Positions 26,349 to 37,265 of a stretch of 64,000 nucleotides of DNA are shown piece after piece. Below the pieces are notes generated by a model. It ran no database searches, had not been told where the DNA came from, and worked only from the letters and a program-made list of their open reading frames with translations. Position 1 is the stretch's first letter; the number at the start of each line of letters is the position of its first letter. The stretch is from Alphaproteobacteria bacterium. GTDB lineage: Bacteria > Pseudomonadota > Alphaproteobacteria > JAAEOK01. Made by a program: the position numbers and the translations under genes. Location of the stretch: contig JAAEOK010000033.1 of assembly GCA_024244705.1 (NCBI GenBank), forward strand, positions 20,534-84,533. Direction: 5' to 3'.

Positions 26349-27332
26349 TCAGGCTTGCGGCGGAGCGGCAACCCCTGGCTCGCGCCTGCCGATCAGGGCC
26401 AGATACAAGCCAATAAAGACGAAGGCGAAGCCGGCGGCGTGATAGGGTTCGATGCTCTCGCCCAAGAAAATTACCGCGGCGACGGTGCTGAAAACCGGCA
26501 CCAAGTTGTAGGTGAAGCCGGACCGGTTGACGCCGACCACGCGCACCCCCTTCATCCAGCAGAAATATCCCAACAACCCCGGCGCCAGCACGACGAACGC
26601 CACGATCATTAGGTTCCCGACGGTCAAGGCGAAGGGACCGGTGCGCGACAGTTCCCATAGATATGCCGGCACGAGCATCGCCGTTCCGACCGCGATCGTC
26701 GAGCCCATGAGCGTCAGATAGTCGAGTTCCTTGGGCAACGTGCGGAGCATGACCGAATAAAAAGCAAACAGCCCCAGGGCGCCGAGCACGATGACGTCAC
26801 CGCCGTGGAAACGGAAACTTGCCAATACGCCAAGGTCGCCGCGGCAAATGACAACCGCGACGCCGAGCAGCGACAACACCAGCCCCGTGCCTTGCCGCCG
26901 GGAAAGGTGCTCCATTCGCGCCAAGAAGGTTGCGGCGACGATAATGACCGGCACGCCCGAGTTGATCAGCGCCGCATTGATCGCCGTCGTGTCGTTGAGC
27001 CCGATGTAATAGAAGGTGACGAAACCGACCATGAACAGGCCGGCGACGGTGAGGCGGCCGATGTTTTCGACGATCAGCGGCCATTGCTTCCGAACCGGTC
27101 GCCAGGCGAATGGCAACAAGAGGATCAGCACCAGGAACCAGCGCCAGAAGGCGAGCGCGATCGGCGGAATGTCACCGGCCGCCGCGCGGCCGACCACGGC
27201 ATGGAGACCGTAGGTCGCCATGGTCAGGGTCAACAGCCCATAGGCCACGACCACCGCGCGCCGGGAGGGCGGCGTCTCGGCCGCCGGCCCATTCGCCGGC
27301 CGCGCCGGGTCCGGGGATCGGTCTCCTCGCAT
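26349..27332 (-). CDS. EamA/DMT family transporter
   Basis: About 10 predicted TM helices with the two-EamA-repeat layout. Confidence 0.8.
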   Translation of the reverse strand: MRGDRSPDPARPANGPAAETPPSRRAVVVAYGLLTLTMATYGLHAVVGRAAAGDIPPIALAFWRWFLVLILLLPFAWRPVRKQWPLIVENIGRLTVAGLFMVGFVTFYYIGLNDTTAINAALINSGVPVIIVAATFLARMEHLSRRQGTGLVLSLLGVAVVICRGDLGVLASFRFHGGDVIVLGALGLFAFYSVMLRTLPKELDYLTLMGSTIAVGTAMLVPAYLWELSRTGPFALTVGNLMIVAFVVLAPGLLGYFCWMKGVRVVGVNRSGFTYNLVPVFSTVAAVIFLGESIEPYHAAGFAFVFIGLYLALIGRREPGVAAPPQA

Positions 27333-27369
27333 GCGTTGGATCGCTTCGTTTGTGGCGCGATGGGATCGA

Positions 27370-28323
27370 CTAATTCGCGCGCCCGTCGATGCGGGATTCG
27401 ATGGCGTCCCAGATCAGCGCCTCGATACAGATGCCGTCGAGCCGGTTGATTTCCTGGATCCCGGTCGGCGAGGTGACGTTGATCTCGGTCAGATAGTCGC
27501 CGATGACGTCGATACCGACGAAGATCAATCCCTGCTCCTTGAGCGTCGGCCCGATGGCGGCGCAAATATCTCGCTCGCGTCGGTTCAATGTCGCCTTCAT
27601 CGCCGCGCCGCCGGCATGGAAATTGGCGCGCGCCTCGCCGGCCGGCGGTATGCGTGAGACGCCGCCGACCGGATCGCCATCGACCAGAATGATCCGTTTG
27701 TCACCGTCGCGAATCTCCGGCAGGTAGCGCTGAACGATGATCGGCTCGCGGTAGAGCGAGGTGAACATTTCCAGCAACGCGTTCAGGTTCTCGTCGTCGG
27801 GGCCGATGTGGAACACCCCGGCGCCGCCGTTGCCGTAGAGCGGTTTGACGATGATATCCCGATATTCGCGACGGAAGGCGTGGACGTCATCGGCCGAGCA
27901 GGTGATCAGGGTCGGCGGCAGGAGGCCGGGGAAATGGGTGACGAAAAGCTTTTCCGGAGCGTTGCGCACATTGACCGGATCGTTGACCACCAACGTCCGC
28001 GGGTGGATGTGTTCGAGCATGTGGGTGGCGGTGATATAGGCCATGTCGAAGGGCGGATCCTGGCGCATCAGGACGACGTCGACGGTGGCGAGATCGAGTT
28101 CGACCGTATCGCCGAGGGTGGCGTGGTCGCCGCGTTGGCGACGCACCGTCAAGGATCGCGCGCGGGTCTCCACGCGGCCGTCGCGCAAGCGCATGTCCTG
28201 GGGCAGGTAATGGAACAGGGCGTGGCCCCGACCCTGGGCCTCGAGGGCCAGCACGAATGTGCTGTCCCCGTCGATGTCGATGCCCTCGATCGGGTCCATC
28301 TGTATGGCGACGGCCAGGCTCAT
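27370..28323 (-). CDS. gshB: Glutathione synthetase
   Basis: Prokaryotic GshB ATP-grasp blocks [43 protein letters not shown] and [24 protein letters not shown]. Confidence 0.93.
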   Translation of the reverse strand: MSLAVAIQMDPIEGIDIDGDSTFVLALEAQGRGHALFHYLPQDMRLRDGRVETRARSLTVRRQRGDHATLGDTVELDLATVDVVLMRQDPPFDMAYITATHMLEHIHPRTLVVNDPVNVRNAPEKLFVTHFPGLLPPTLITCSADDVHAFRREYRDIIVKPLYGNGGAGVFHIGPDDENLNALLEMFTSLYREPIIVQRYLPEIRDGDKRIILVDGDPVGGVSRIPPAGEARANFHAGGAAMKATLNRRERDICAAIGPTLKEQGLIFVGIDVIGDYLTEINVTSPTGIQEINRLDGICIEALIWDAIESRIDGRAN

Positions 28324-28378
28324 GATCGGCGTACTCCGTTGCGCCCGCGTTTCGGGCCATCATCTATCCCGCCGTGCG

Positions 28379-29212
28379 CTATTGGTGCAAGGTGGCGATC
28401 TCTTGCAGCAACCGCGCGGCGCTGTGGCTGAGTTGCTCATCGTGGCTGCGCGCGAGACAGGTTTCGAGCGCGGCAACGGCCATGTCGACATTGCCGAGCT
28501 TCGCTTCGAGGAGGCCGTAATCCTGCCACAACTGCGCTTCTTCCGGCGCGATCCAGAGCAGCCGCTCGGCCACCCGGCAAGCACGATCGGTGGCGCCGTT
28601 TTGGATGTGGCGCAGCTTGATGTTGTTCTGCAGGCGAATGAGGATCTCGCGATTGCCGACCGGATCGTAATAGCTCGGATGCAGTTCGACCTCGCGGCCG
28701 GCCATCGATTTTAGCAGCTCGCGAAGGTCCGCCGCCGCCAGCTCCCGTCCGCGATCGAAGGGGTCGACGATGGCGCGCGCGCCATCGCCGTCGAGGCGCA
28801 GGATGAAGTGACCGGGAAACGACAGGCCGGTCACCTGCCAGCCTTGGGCCCTGGTGACGTGGATATAAAGGATCCCCAGGCTGACCGGCAGGCCACGGCG
28901 ACGGTCGATGACCCGCATCAAGTTCGCATTCTGCAGATCGTCATAGGTCAATCGGTCCCCGTCATAGCCTTCGCGCATGTAGAGGACGTGGTTGACCGCG
29001 GTGACCCGCGCGTCCAGCTCGTCGTTCTCGATGGTTTCCGCGACCGTCCGCGCCAAGGCGGCGAGGTGCTGGTGATAGCGTTCGAGCGAGACCCGGGGGC
29101 GATCGAGCGCCGCGAACATCAACGCCGCGTCGGCGAGGTCGATGCGGTCGTCCGGAGTCGCGGCCAGTCCCTTGAGATAGGCCTCCGCACCGTTGGGATC
29201 GGTGGTGGTCAT
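28379..29212 (-). CDS. SirB1/YchA-like transglutaminase-fold plus TPR protein (UPF0162)
   Basis: Internal ATG 29212 (MTTTDPNGAEAYL...) overlaps the yraN stop (ATGA). The GLPVSLGILYIHVTRAQGW block followed by a TPR-like C-terminus fits this family. The 143-codon Arg/Pro-rich N-terminal extension in the ORF track is rejected. Confidence 0.7.
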   Translation of the reverse strand: MTTTDPNGAEAYLKGLAATPDDRIDLADAALMFAALDRPRVSLERYHQHLAALARTVAETIENDELDARVTAVNHVLYMREGYDGDRLTYDDLQNANLMRVIDRRRGLPVSLGILYIHVTRAQGWQVTGLSFPGHFILRLDGDGARAIVDPFDRGRELAAADLRELLKSMAGREVELHPSYYDPVGNREILIRLQNNIKLRHIQNGATDRACRVAERLLWIAPEEAQLWQDYGLLEAKLGNVDMAVAALETCLARSHDEQLSHSAARLLQEIATLHQ

Positions 29213-29601
29213 GCGAATGATCCCGATTGCCTTTGCCAGGCATCGCGAAGATGGATCGGCAAGCGGCCCGGCAGGACGATCATGACATCGAAACGCATCA
29301 TCAGCGCGGCGAGATTGGGGCGGGCGGCAACGAACGCCTCGGCGGCGCGTTCGATGCGGCGGCGCTGGCGGGCCGACACTGCCTCCGCGGCGGCCGACGC
29401 GGTGTCGCGGGCCTTGACCTCGATGAACGCCAGGATGCCGCGGCGGCGGGCAATGATATCGATCTCGCCGCGCGGCGTCTTGAGCCGTCGTGCGATGACG
29501 CGGTACCCGCGCAGCCGCAGGGCCCAGAGGCATTTCGCCTCGGCCCGGCGCCCGCGCAACTCGCGCTGGCGACGGTCCTGGGTTCGCTCTCCGACGCTCA
29601 T
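29209..29601 (-). CDS. yraN: YraN family endonuclease-like protein (UPF0102)
   Basis: Motif GEIDIIARRRGILAFIEVKAR. 130 aa. Overlaps the rsmI stop. Confidence 0.85.
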   Translation of the reverse strand: MSVGERTQDRRQRELRGRRAEAKCLWALRLRGYRVIARRLKTPRGEIDIIARRRGILAFIEVKARDTASAAAEAVSARQRRRIERAAEAFVAARPNLAALMMRFDVMIVLPGRLPIHLRDAWQRQSGSFA

Positions 29602-30530
29602 TCGACGCCCTGCAGTTTGCCGGCGCTGGGCGCCAGGGCAAGAGCGCGGGAATAGACCTGACGGCGCGGCAGTCCGGTTATTGCGGCGACCTCGGCGACG
29701 GCGTCGCGCAGCGACATGAGGCCGAGCGCGCGGCGCAGCTCGCTGTCGAGATCGATCGCTTCATCATCGGCCGCACCGGGCGGCGCGACGACGATCGTGA
29801 TTTCGCCCTTGGGTGGGCCCTCGGCGGTGTAGGCGACAGACAACGCCGCCAGCGTGCCGCTCTTGTATTCCTCGTGCAGCTTGGTCAACTCGCGGGCCAC
29901 CACCGCCTGCCGGTCGCCGAGAACCTCGGCCATGTCGGCGAGCGTCGCGGCGAGCCTGGGTCCGGTCTCGAACGCAACCAGGGTCGCTTGCAGACGCGGC
30001 CAATCGCCGAGCGCGCGCCGCCGGGCGGCGCTCTTGGTCGGGAGGAAGCCGATGAAGCAGAACCGGTCGGACGGCAGGCCGCAGGCGGCGATCGCCGCCA
30101 TCACGGCCGAGGCCCCGGGAATCGCCACCACCGGCAGGCCTCGCTCGCGGCACTCCCGCACCAGCTTGTATCCGGGGTCCGAGACCAGGGGCGTCCCGGC
30201 GTCGCAGACCAGGGCCACAATTTCGCCCGCATCGAGACGCCCGATCAGCTCGGGACGAACCTGTTCGGCGTTGTGATCGTGATAGGGATGGAGCCGGATT
30301 TTGATTTCGTATGCGGCCAGCAGCTTGCCGGTGACGCGTGTGTCCTCGCAATAAATGGCGTCGGCGTGGCGCAAAACTTCGAGCGCGCGCAAGGTGATAT
30401 CGCCGAGGTTTCCGATCGGCGTCGAAACCAAATAAAGGCCGGGCGCCGGGGGCTTCGAGCCCGGTTTACTTCCGCCAGCGCTCTGTTTAGGGTCGCCCTC
30501 CGCCTCGACCTTCCTGCGGGAGTCAGCCAT
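29598..30530 (-). CDS. rsmI: 16S rRNA (cytidine1402-2'-O)-methyltransferase
   Basis: Tetrapyrrole-methylase fold N-terminus GLYLVSTPIGNLGDITLRALEVLRHADAIYCEDTR. Confidence 0.92.
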   Translation of the reverse strand: MADSRRKVEAEGDPKQSAGGSKPGSKPPAPGLYLVSTPIGNLGDITLRALEVLRHADAIYCEDTRVTGKLLAAYEIKIRLHPYHDHNAEQVRPELIGRLDAGEIVALVCDAGTPLVSDPGYKLVRECRERGLPVVAIPGASAVMAAIAACGLPSDRFCFIGFLPTKSAARRRALGDWPRLQATLVAFETGPRLAATLADMAEVLGDRQAVVARELTKLHEEYKSGTLAALSVAYTAEGPPKGEITIVVAPPGAADDEAIDLDSELRRALGLMSLRDAVAEVAAITGLPRRQVYSRALALAPSAGKLQGVE

Positions 30531-30532
30531 TG

Positions 30533-31768
30533 ATGCGCATTCCGCTTGGTTTTGCCCAGATCCTCATCCGCTTGGCGGCGGCACCGGTGTTGTTCGCAAT
30601 CCTCGTCGCGTTGTCGGCGTGCCAGAGTACGAACCCTGGTGGCGCGGCGCAAGCGACCCCGCCGCCGACCGCCAATGTGCCGATCGATGTCGGGCCGATC
30701 CGCCCGCAACCGCCGAGAGTGCCGCGCGTGGCCCTGCTGCTGCCGCTTTCCGGTCCTCACGCGGCCATCGGATCTTCGATGTTGCAGGCCGCGGAGATGG
30801 CGTTCTTCGATGTCGCCGATCAGGAATTCGTGCTGCTGCCGCGCGATACCGGGGGCACGCTCGAAGGCGCCGCGCGCGCCGCCGCCGAGGTGCTCGACCA
30901 GGGCGCGGCCTTGATCCTCGGCCCCTTGTTCTCGACCTCGGTCGCCGCGGTCGCCCCGATCGCGCGCGAGCGCGGCGTCAATGTCGTATCGTTCTCGACC
31001 AACCCCGCCGTCGCCGGCGACGGCGTCTTCGTCATGGGCTTTCTGTCCGGCGACCAGGTCGATCGCGTGGTCGCTCATAGTTTGACCACCGGCCTGTTCC
31101 GGTTTGCCGCCCTGGTGCCGAATTCTCCTTATGGCCAGCAGGTCGCCGCCGAATATCAACAGGCGGTGTTGAGCCGGGGCGGACAATTGACCCGGCTGGA
31201 ATTCTACGACCCCAGCCTGCCTGACAATTCGGAGGTCGTGCGGAGGTTCCGCGGCGCCGGGGGTGACGCGCCGCTGCCCTTCGATGCCGTCCTGCTGCCG
31301 GTCGGCGGTCAGGCGCTGATTACCATCGCGCCGATGTTCCCCTATTTCGATATCGACCCGGGCGAGGTCCGTTTCCTCGGCACCGGCCAATGGGACACGC
31401 CCGGATTAGGGCGCGAGCCGGCCCTGGTCGGCGGCTGGTACGCGGCCGCCGATCCGGAGGCCCGTGCCCAGTTCGTGGGCCGCTATCAAACCGTCTTCGG
31501 TACCACACCGCCGCGGCTGGCAACGCTGGCCTATGACGCCACCGCCCTGGCCGCCGTGCTCGCCAAGCGTCCGGGCGGACCCGAATTCACCATCGAGGTC
31601 CTGACCGACGAGGACGGGTTCACCGGCCTCGACGGGCTGTTCCGATTCAATCCCAGCGGACGGGTGGAACGCAGCCTCGCGGTGCTCGAGATCGGACCCG
31701 ATTGGGCCGCCGTGATCAACCCGGCGCCGACCGCCTTCCTCGAGCAGCGACTGCCGTTGACCGAATAG
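30533..31768 (+). CDS. Penicillin-binding protein activator (LpoA-like) / periplasmic binding-fold lipoprotein
   Basis: Lipobox LSAC after a hydrophobic leader. Type-I periplasmic binding protein-like body. Divergent from rsmI, as in the conserved rsmI/lpoA-yraN neighbourhood. Confidence 0.7.
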   Translation: MRIPLGFAQILIRLAAAPVLFAILVALSACQSTNPGGAAQATPPPTANVPIDVGPIRPQPPRVPRVALLLPLSGPHAAIGSSMLQAAEMAFFDVADQEFVLLPRDTGGTLEGAARAAAEVLDQGAALILGPLFSTSVAAVAPIARERGVNVVSFSTNPAVAGDGVFVMGFLSGDQVDRVVAHSLTTGLFRFAALVPNSPYGQQVAAEYQQAVLSRGGQLTRLEFYDPSLPDNSEVVRRFRGAGGDAPLPFDAVLLPVGGQALITIAPMFPYFDIDPGEVRFLGTGQWDTPGLGREPALVGGWYAAADPEARAQFVGRYQTVFGTTPPRLATLAYDATALAAVLAKRPGGPEFTIEVLTDEDGFTGLDGLFRFNPSGRVERSLAVLEIGPDWAAVINPAPTAFLEQRLPLTE

Positions 31769-31770
31769 GA

Positions 31771-32940
31771 CTATACAAGGAGCCGCGGCAGCACCGCGTC
31801 GAGCCGTTGTCGGCCCGCCGCCGTCGCCCGCAGGCCGAGCGAATCCAGCATCAGGAACCCGCCTTCGAGCAACGCTTCGAGCGCCGCCGCGGGAAAGCCG
31901 TCCTCGATTTCCAAGCCGGTTTCGGCGCTGAAGTCGGTACGCCGGATGCCGTCGCGGAGACGCAGGCCCATCATCGTCATCTCGGCGCGGCGGGTCGCCG
32001 GATCGACGGCGTCGGACCGCTGGGACGCATGGCCCGCCGCCTCGACTTCCGCCAGCCATCTTTCCGGCGCCGGGTGCTGCCGGGTCGCGCGCTTTCCGTC
32101 TTCACCGCTCAGCCGGCCATGGGCGCCGGGACCGACGCCGACGTAATCGCCATAACGCCAGTAGGTCAGGTTGTGCCGGCTCTCGCCGCCGGGGGCGGCG
32201 TGATTGGAAATCTCATAGGCCGGACGGCCGGCCGATTCGAGAGCGGCCTGGGTCGCCTCATAGAGCGCTGCCGCATGGTCGCCGTCGGGCACGGCCAGCG
32301 CGCCACGCCGATGGGCCTGAAAAAAGGGCGTGCCCGGTTCGATGGTGAGTTGGTAGAGCGACAGGTGCTCGCCGGCATGGCCGATCGCCCGGTCGAGCTC
32401 CCGTCGCCATGCCGCCACGCTCTGCCCGGGCCGGGCGTAGATAAGGTCGAAGGAATGGCGATCGAACAGGTTGGCGGCCAAATCGACCGCCGCTAGGGCC
32501 TCGGCGACGCTATGACCGCGGCCGAGGAAGCGGAGCGCATCGTCGTCGAGCGCCTGAACGCCGAGGGAAACCCGGTTGATTCCGGCATCGCGGAAGTCCC
32601 CCAGCCGCTCCCGTTCGACCGATGTCGGGTTGGTTTCGAGGGTGATCTCGATATCGTCGGCCAGATCCCAGTGCTCGCCGGCTCGGACGATCAGCGCGGC
32701 GACCGTGGCCGGCTCCATCAGCGACGGCGTCCCGCCGCCGAAAAAAATGCTGGTCAACCGGCGGCCGCCGGTTGGACCGGCGAAGTAATCGAGCTCGGCA
32801 AGCAGCGCGTGACGCCAGCGGGCGTGTTCGACGCCGTCGCGGACATGGCTGTTGAAGTCGCAGTAGGGGCATTTGGAGAGGCAGAACGGCCAATGGACGT
32901 AAAGGCCGAACCCCCGAGGGTCGGAATCGCCGGCCGGCAT
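31771..32940 (-). CDS. hemW: Radical SAM heme chaperone HemW (HemN-like, oxygen-independent coproporphyrinogen oxidase family)
   Basis: Radical SAM cluster motif CLSKCPYCDF in GLYVHWPFCLSKCPYCDFNS. Sits in the conserved rph-rdgB-hemW order. Confidence 0.88.
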   Translation of the reverse strand: MPAGDSDPRGFGLYVHWPFCLSKCPYCDFNSHVRDGVEHARWRHALLAELDYFAGPTGGRRLTSIFFGGGTPSLMEPATVAALIVRAGEHWDLADDIEITLETNPTSVERERLGDFRDAGINRVSLGVQALDDDALRFLGRGHSVAEALAAVDLAANLFDRHSFDLIYARPGQSVAAWRRELDRAIGHAGEHLSLYQLTIEPGTPFFQAHRRGALAVPDGDHAAALYEATQAALESAGRPAYEISNHAAPGGESRHNLTYWRYGDYVGVGPGAHGRLSGEDGKRATRQHPAPERWLAEVEAAGHASQRSDAVDPATRRAEMTMMGLRLRDGIRRTDFSAETGLEIEDGFPAAALEALLEGGFLMLDSLGLRATAAGRQRLDAVLPRLLV

Positions 32941-32943
32941 CGC

Positions 32944-33543
32944 TTAGAAACACGCCGCGACGAGACGCCGGAAGGCGTCGGCGCGATGGCTGGTGCGATG
33001 CTTCTGTTGGGGGTCCATTTCGCCGAATGTGATGTCGTAGCCGGTGGCGACGAACATCGGGTCATAGCCGAAGCCGTAATCGCCGCGCGGCGGCCATACC
33101 AGCGTACCGTCGACCCGCCCTTCGAAAATCGCTTCCTCGCCGTCGGGCCAAACCAGGGCCAGGGCGCAGACGAAATAGGCGGAGCGGTCGGCGCCGGCCG
33201 GCAGGGCGTCCTCGAGCCGGCGCATGGCGGCGGCGAAATCGCGTTCGGGCCCGGCCCAGCGCGCGGAGTGGATGCCCGGTGCGCCGCCGAGCGCCGGCAC
33301 CGCGAGCCCGGAATCGTCGGCCAACGCGATATGGCCCGCGGCCGCCGCCGCGTGGGCCTTGATCAGCGCGTTCTCGGTGAACGTCGTACCGGTTTCCTCG
33401 GGCTCGTCGAGATCGAGCTCTGCCGCCGAGCGCACGCGTCCCGCCACCCTGCCGGCGAGCAGGTCGCCGATTTCGCGCACCTTGCCGGGGTTGTGGCTGG
33501 CCACCACCAGGTCGCCGCCGCGATAGCGACGTTGGGTCGTCAT
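32944..33543 (-). CDS. rdgB: Non-canonical purine NTP pyrophosphatase (dITP/XTP)
   Basis: Internal ATG 33543. HAM1 blocks [31 protein letters not shown] and GFGYDPMF. Confidence 0.92.
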   Translation of the reverse strand: MTTQRRYRGGDLVVASHNPGKVREIGDLLAGRVAGRVRSAAELDLDEPEETGTTFTENALIKAHAAAAAGHIALADDSGLAVPALGGAPGIHSARWAGPERDFAAAMRRLEDALPAGADRSAYFVCALALVWPDGEEAIFEGRVDGTLVWPPRGDYGFGYDPMFVATGYDITFGEMDPQQKHRTSHRADAFRRLVAACF

Positions 33544-33583
33544 CGCGGCCCACACACTCCGGCGCCCCTTGCAGGATGCGGCA

Positions 33584-34303
33584 TCAGGCTCCCAACGCCT
33601 GGCGCTGGAGCTCGACCAGCTCGCCGATACCCTTCTTCGCCAAGGCCAGCAATTCGGCGAACTTGGCTTCGGAAAACGGCGCCTCTTCCGCGGTCCCCTG
33701 GATCTCGACGATTCCGCCGCCGCCGGTGAGCACGAAATTCGCGTCCGCCTCGGCGCCGCTGTCCTCGGCATAATCCAGATCGAGGACCGCCACGCCGCCG
33801 ACGATGCCGCAGGACACGGCGGCGACTTGGTCGATGAACGGCAGGCGGTCGATTTCGCCTTTGGCGATCAGTTGCTCGAAGGCCCGGTGAAGCGCGACAT
33901 GGGCCCCAGTGATCGCGGCGGTCCGGGTTCCGCCGTCGGCCTGGATGACGTCGCAGTCGATTCGAATCTGGCGCTCGCCGAAGCCTTCCAGATCGGTCAC
34001 CGCACGCAGCGCGCGGCCGATCAAGCGCTGAATTTCCTGGGTCCGGCCGCTTTGCTTACCGCGGGCGGCCTCGCGCTCGGTGCGCGATCCCGTCGACCGC
34101 GGCAGCATGCCGTATTCGGCGGTGATCCATCCCCGCCCCGAATCGCGCAGCCAGAATGGGACCCGCTCCTCGATCGAAGCGGTGCACAGTACATGGGTGT
34201 CGCCAAATCGGGCCATGCACGACCCTTCGGCGTACTTGCTGAAGCCGGGTTCGAGACGGATCGCCCGTAACTCATCGACAGCGCGTCCGGAAGGTCTTGT
34301 CAT
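33584..34303 (-). CDS. rph: Ribonuclease PH
   Basis: Internal ATG 34303. Blocks [14 protein letters not shown] and [20 protein letters not shown]. Confidence 0.93.
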   Translation of the reverse strand: MTRPSGRAVDELRAIRLEPGFSKYAEGSCMARFGDTHVLCTASIEERVPFWLRDSGRGWITAEYGMLPRSTGSRTEREAARGKQSGRTQEIQRLIGRALRAVTDLEGFGERQIRIDCDVIQADGGTRTAAITGAHVALHRAFEQLIAKGEIDRLPFIDQVAAVSCGIVGGVAVLDLDYAEDSGAEADANFVLTGGGGIVEIQGTAEEAPFSEAKFAELLALAKKGIGELVELQRQALGA

Positions 34304-34352
34304 GGCGTTACTTTCTTGGCGTTTGGTATCGTGGATCAGAGCGCAATGCGCA

Positions 34353-34838
34353 CTAAATTGCCGATGTCCGTATGGTATCGGAGCCGGGTTGCCCGCGGCC
34401 GCCACACGGATTCCGCGTTCCGGTCTCGGCGGTGCTGACGAAGATGTCGACCCGGTGCGGCGGCGCCGTCCCGGATCCGATCCCACACGAGGTATAGCCA
34501 AGACGGATGCGGCTGGCATTGGCTTTCCTGAGATCGGCGACCAGCGCGTCACGGACCGCGATCGTCCGCTCCAAGGCCAGCAGGTCCATCCGGCGCGCCG
34601 AATCGTCGGCGGTACCGGCAAACCCGGCCAGTGTCACGGTCACCGCTTCCTCGTGGCTGAGCGCATCGGCAAGGCGCTGTAGCTTGGCCCGTTCCGATGA
34701 CACCAAGGCGGCCGAGCGCGAACCGAAAAAGACGGTCATGTCGTCCTGCTGGACGACCGCCGGCTTTCCGGCACAGGCCGCCAGCGCGATGCAGAGGCTC
34801 GCAGACACAAACGCTGCCCGCGGCGCAATTCGAGACAT
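34353..34838 (-). CDS. OmpA-like domain lipoprotein
   Basis: Start at ATG 34838 gives [22 protein letters not shown] (lipobox). The body has a degenerate OmpA_C-like pattern: [12 protein letters not shown]...[13 protein letters not shown]...HRVDIFV. Confidence 0.5.
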   Translation of the reverse strand: MSRIAPRAAFVSASLCIALAACAGKPAVVQQDDMTVFFGSRSAALVSSERAKLQRLADALSHEEAVTVTLAGFAGTADDSARRMDLLALERTIAVRDALVADLRKANASRIRLGYTSCGIGSGTAPPHRVDIFVSTAETGTRNPCGGRGQPGSDTIRTSAI

Positions 34839-34924
34839 TGTTTCCGACCCTTCCCGACCCACACGGGACCGTTGCATGTAAAACTAGGCGCTTCGGGCGA
34901 TCCGGTCCAGTCAACCACCACGCA

Positions 34925-34953
34925 TTGACCATTCACCACACCGTAACTACATT
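34925..34953 (+). promoter_or_regulatory. Candidate sigma70-type promoter for hrcA-grpE
   Basis: TTGACC (34925-34930), a 17-nt spacer, then TACATT (34948-34953), 20 nt upstream of ATG 34973. Sequence match only. Confidence 0.3.
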
Positions 34954-34972
34954 TCAGGCCCGATTTCGGGTA

Positions 34973-36040
34973 ATGGCGGAATCTATGACAATTGCTCCCG
35001 CCGCCTCCCTGGCCGAGCTCAACGAACGGTCGCGGGATATATTGCGGCATATCGTCGATGCGTACGTCGAAACCGGCGAGCCGATCGGCTCGCGTACGAT
35101 TTCGCGGCGCATGGGCATGGATTTGTCGCCGGCCACGATTCGCAACGTCATGGCCGATCTGGAAGAACTCGGCTTGCTCTATGCGCCCCACACATCGGCC
35201 GGGCGGCTACCGACGGACAACGGTTTGCGCCTGTTCGTGCACGGACTGCTCGAGGTCGGCCGGCTTAGCGACGAGGAGCGCGGCAGCATCGACGGCCAGT
35301 GCGCGGCCGCCGGCCGCAGCATCGCCCAATCGCTGGAAGAGGCGACGACGGTCCTGGCCGACCTTTCCCATTGCGCGGGGCTGGTCCTCGCGCCGAAAAC
35401 CGATTCGCAATTGCGCCACATCGAATTCGTCAGCCTCGGCCCGGGCCGGGCGTTGGTGGTGTTGGTCACCGAGTCGGGGCTGGTCGAGAACCGGGTCATC
35501 GATGTGCCGGTCGGACTGCCCGCGTCGAGCCTCATCGAGGCCACCAATTATCTCACCGCGCGGTTGGTTGGGCGCACGATCGAAGAAGCCTACCGGGAGG
35601 TCATCGGCGAACTGGAACGCGATCGCCGGCTGCTCGACGAATTGACCTCGCGGGTGGTGGCGGCGGGACTCGCGACCTACGCCGGGGACGGCGGGTCCGG
35701 CATGCTGATCGTGCGCGGCCAAGCCCAGCTCTTGGACGACGTCACGGCGGCCGAGGATCTGGAGCGCATTCGCGCGCTGTTCGAGGCGCTGGAACGCAAG
35801 GAGGCCTTGGTCACATTGTTGTCGGAGACCGAGCGAGCCGAGGGGGTGCAGATATTCATCGGCGGCGAGAACGACCTGTTCAAGCATACCGGATGCTCGA
35901 TGGTTATCGCGCCCTATACCGATAGTCGCCAGCAGATCGTCGGCGCCATCGGCGTCATCGGCCCGACGCGTATCAATTATGCCCGGATCATCCCCATGGT
36001 CGACTACACGGCCAAGGTGGTGGGCCGGCTCTTGGGATAA
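34973..36040 (+). CDS. hrcA: Heat-inducible transcription repressor HrcA
   Basis: N-terminal winged-helix block LNERSRDILRHIVDAYVETGEPIGSRTIS. Start is ATG 34973, or alternatively ATG 34985. Followed by grpE. Confidence 0.9.
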   Translation: MAESMTIAPAASLAELNERSRDILRHIVDAYVETGEPIGSRTISRRMGMDLSPATIRNVMADLEELGLLYAPHTSAGRLPTDNGLRLFVHGLLEVGRLSDEERGSIDGQCAAAGRSIAQSLEEATTVLADLSHCAGLVLAPKTDSQLRHIEFVSLGPGRALVVLVTESGLVENRVIDVPVGLPASSLIEATNYLTARLVGRTIEEAYREVIGELERDRRLLDELTSRVVAAGLATYAGDGGSGMLIVRGQAQLLDDVTAAEDLERIRALFEALERKEALVTLLSETERAEGVQIFIGGENDLFKHTGCSMVIAPYTDSRQQIVGAIGVIGPTRINYARIIPMVDYTAKVVGRLLG

Positions 36041-36050
36041 CGGAGTAGCC

Positions 36051-36761
36051 ATGTCCAACAAGTGGGCGAAAAGCGAAGACGAAGGAAAGCCGGCCGAGGC
36101 CACGGAACCGTCGCCGGCCGACGTGCCCTCCACGGCGGCGGGCGCGGGCGATGCGTTCGAGGATTCGCCGCCCACCGCCGACACGGCCGATCCGGTCATG
36201 GCCATGGCGGCTGCCATCGCCGACCTCAAGGATCAGCTCCTGCGCGCCCTCGCCGAAACCGAGAACATTCGCCGGCGCAGCCAGAAAGAGAAAGAGGACA
36301 TCGGCCGGTTCGCCGTTTCCAATCTGGCGCGCGATATGCTGAACGTCGCCGACAACCTGCACCGCGTCATCGAGGCCATCCCTGAAGAAGCGGTGAAGGG
36401 GGACCACGCGCTCAACACCCTGTACGAGGGCGTCGAGCTGGTCGAGCGCGATCTCCAGCAGGTCTTCGAACGCCACGGCATCGTGCAGATCGCGCCGCTC
36501 GGCGAGAAGTTCGACCATAATTTGCACCAGGCGATGTTCGAGGTCGATGATCCGGACGCCGAACCGGGAACCGTGGTACAATTGATGGCGCCTGGATATC
36601 TCATTCACGGTCGTCTGTTGCGCCCGGCCATGGTCGGGGTCGCCAAGGGCGGCCAGAAAAAGGATGCCAGCGGTGCCGACGCGCAGGACGTGGGGACGGA
36701 CAGGGTCGAAGATGGTAACGGCCAACCGTCCGGGGACGACGGAGCGCCGCCCCACCGATAA
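36051..36761 (+). CDS. grpE: Nucleotide exchange factor GrpE
   Basis: GGAG upstream of ATG 36051. Blocks LLRALAETENIRRR and GYLIHGRLLRPAMVGVAKG. Confidence 0.92.
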   Translation: MSNKWAKSEDEGKPAEATEPSPADVPSTAAGAGDAFEDSPPTADTADPVMAMAAAIADLKDQLLRALAETENIRRRSQKEKEDIGRFAVSNLARDMLNVADNLHRVIEAIPEEAVKGDHALNTLYEGVELVERDLQQVFERHGIVQIAPLGEKFDHNLHQAMFEVDDPDAEPGTVVQLMAPGYLIHGRLLRPAMVGVAKGGQKKDASGADAQDVGTDRVEDGNGQPSGDDGAPPHR

Positions 36762-36794
36762 CGACACGACGGCGGCCGGCGACGAAGGGGAATT

Positions 36795-37247
36795 ATGATG
36801 CGGCTTGCGGTTCCGATCTCAGTGGCGGTTCTCTTCCTTTCCGTGCCGGCGGCGGCCCAGGATATTGCCGATGGCCAAATACTGTTCAACCAGCGTTGCT
36901 CGTTCTGCCACTCGCTGACCCGCCAATCGCAAAAGACGATGTATGTTCCCTTAAAGAATCCATCCGACATGCTGAACGATCCCGTCGACCCCGGCTCGAA
37001 GCCGCCGGCGGTGGGTCAGAAAACGACGATTTCGGCGTTGCGCCAGGGGCCCGATTTGAGCGGGCTGCTCAACCGCGCCCCCGGTGGCATGCCGAATTAC
37101 GCCTATGGTCAGGATTACAGTGCCTACGGCGATGAATGGAACGAGCAGAGCCTGGATGCGTGGATCATCAAGCACGACGACGGTCGTACCGACGCCGACG
37201 CCCGCGTCCACATCATCGCCTATCTGAGCACCCTGCGGTCGCAGTAG
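36795..37247 (+). CDS. c-type cytochrome (monoheme)
   Basis: Signal peptide MMRLAVPISVAVLFLSVPAAA followed by heme-binding CSFCH. Confidence 0.8.
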   Translation: MMRLAVPISVAVLFLSVPAAAQDIADGQILFNQRCSFCHSLTRQSQKTMYVPLKNPSDMLNDPVDPGSKPPAVGQKTTISALRQGPDLSGLLNRAPGGMPNYAYGQDYSAYGDEWNEQSLDAWIIKHDDGRTDADARVHIIAYLSTLRSQ

Positions 37248-37265
37248 CGAGGCGAAAGCCCGACG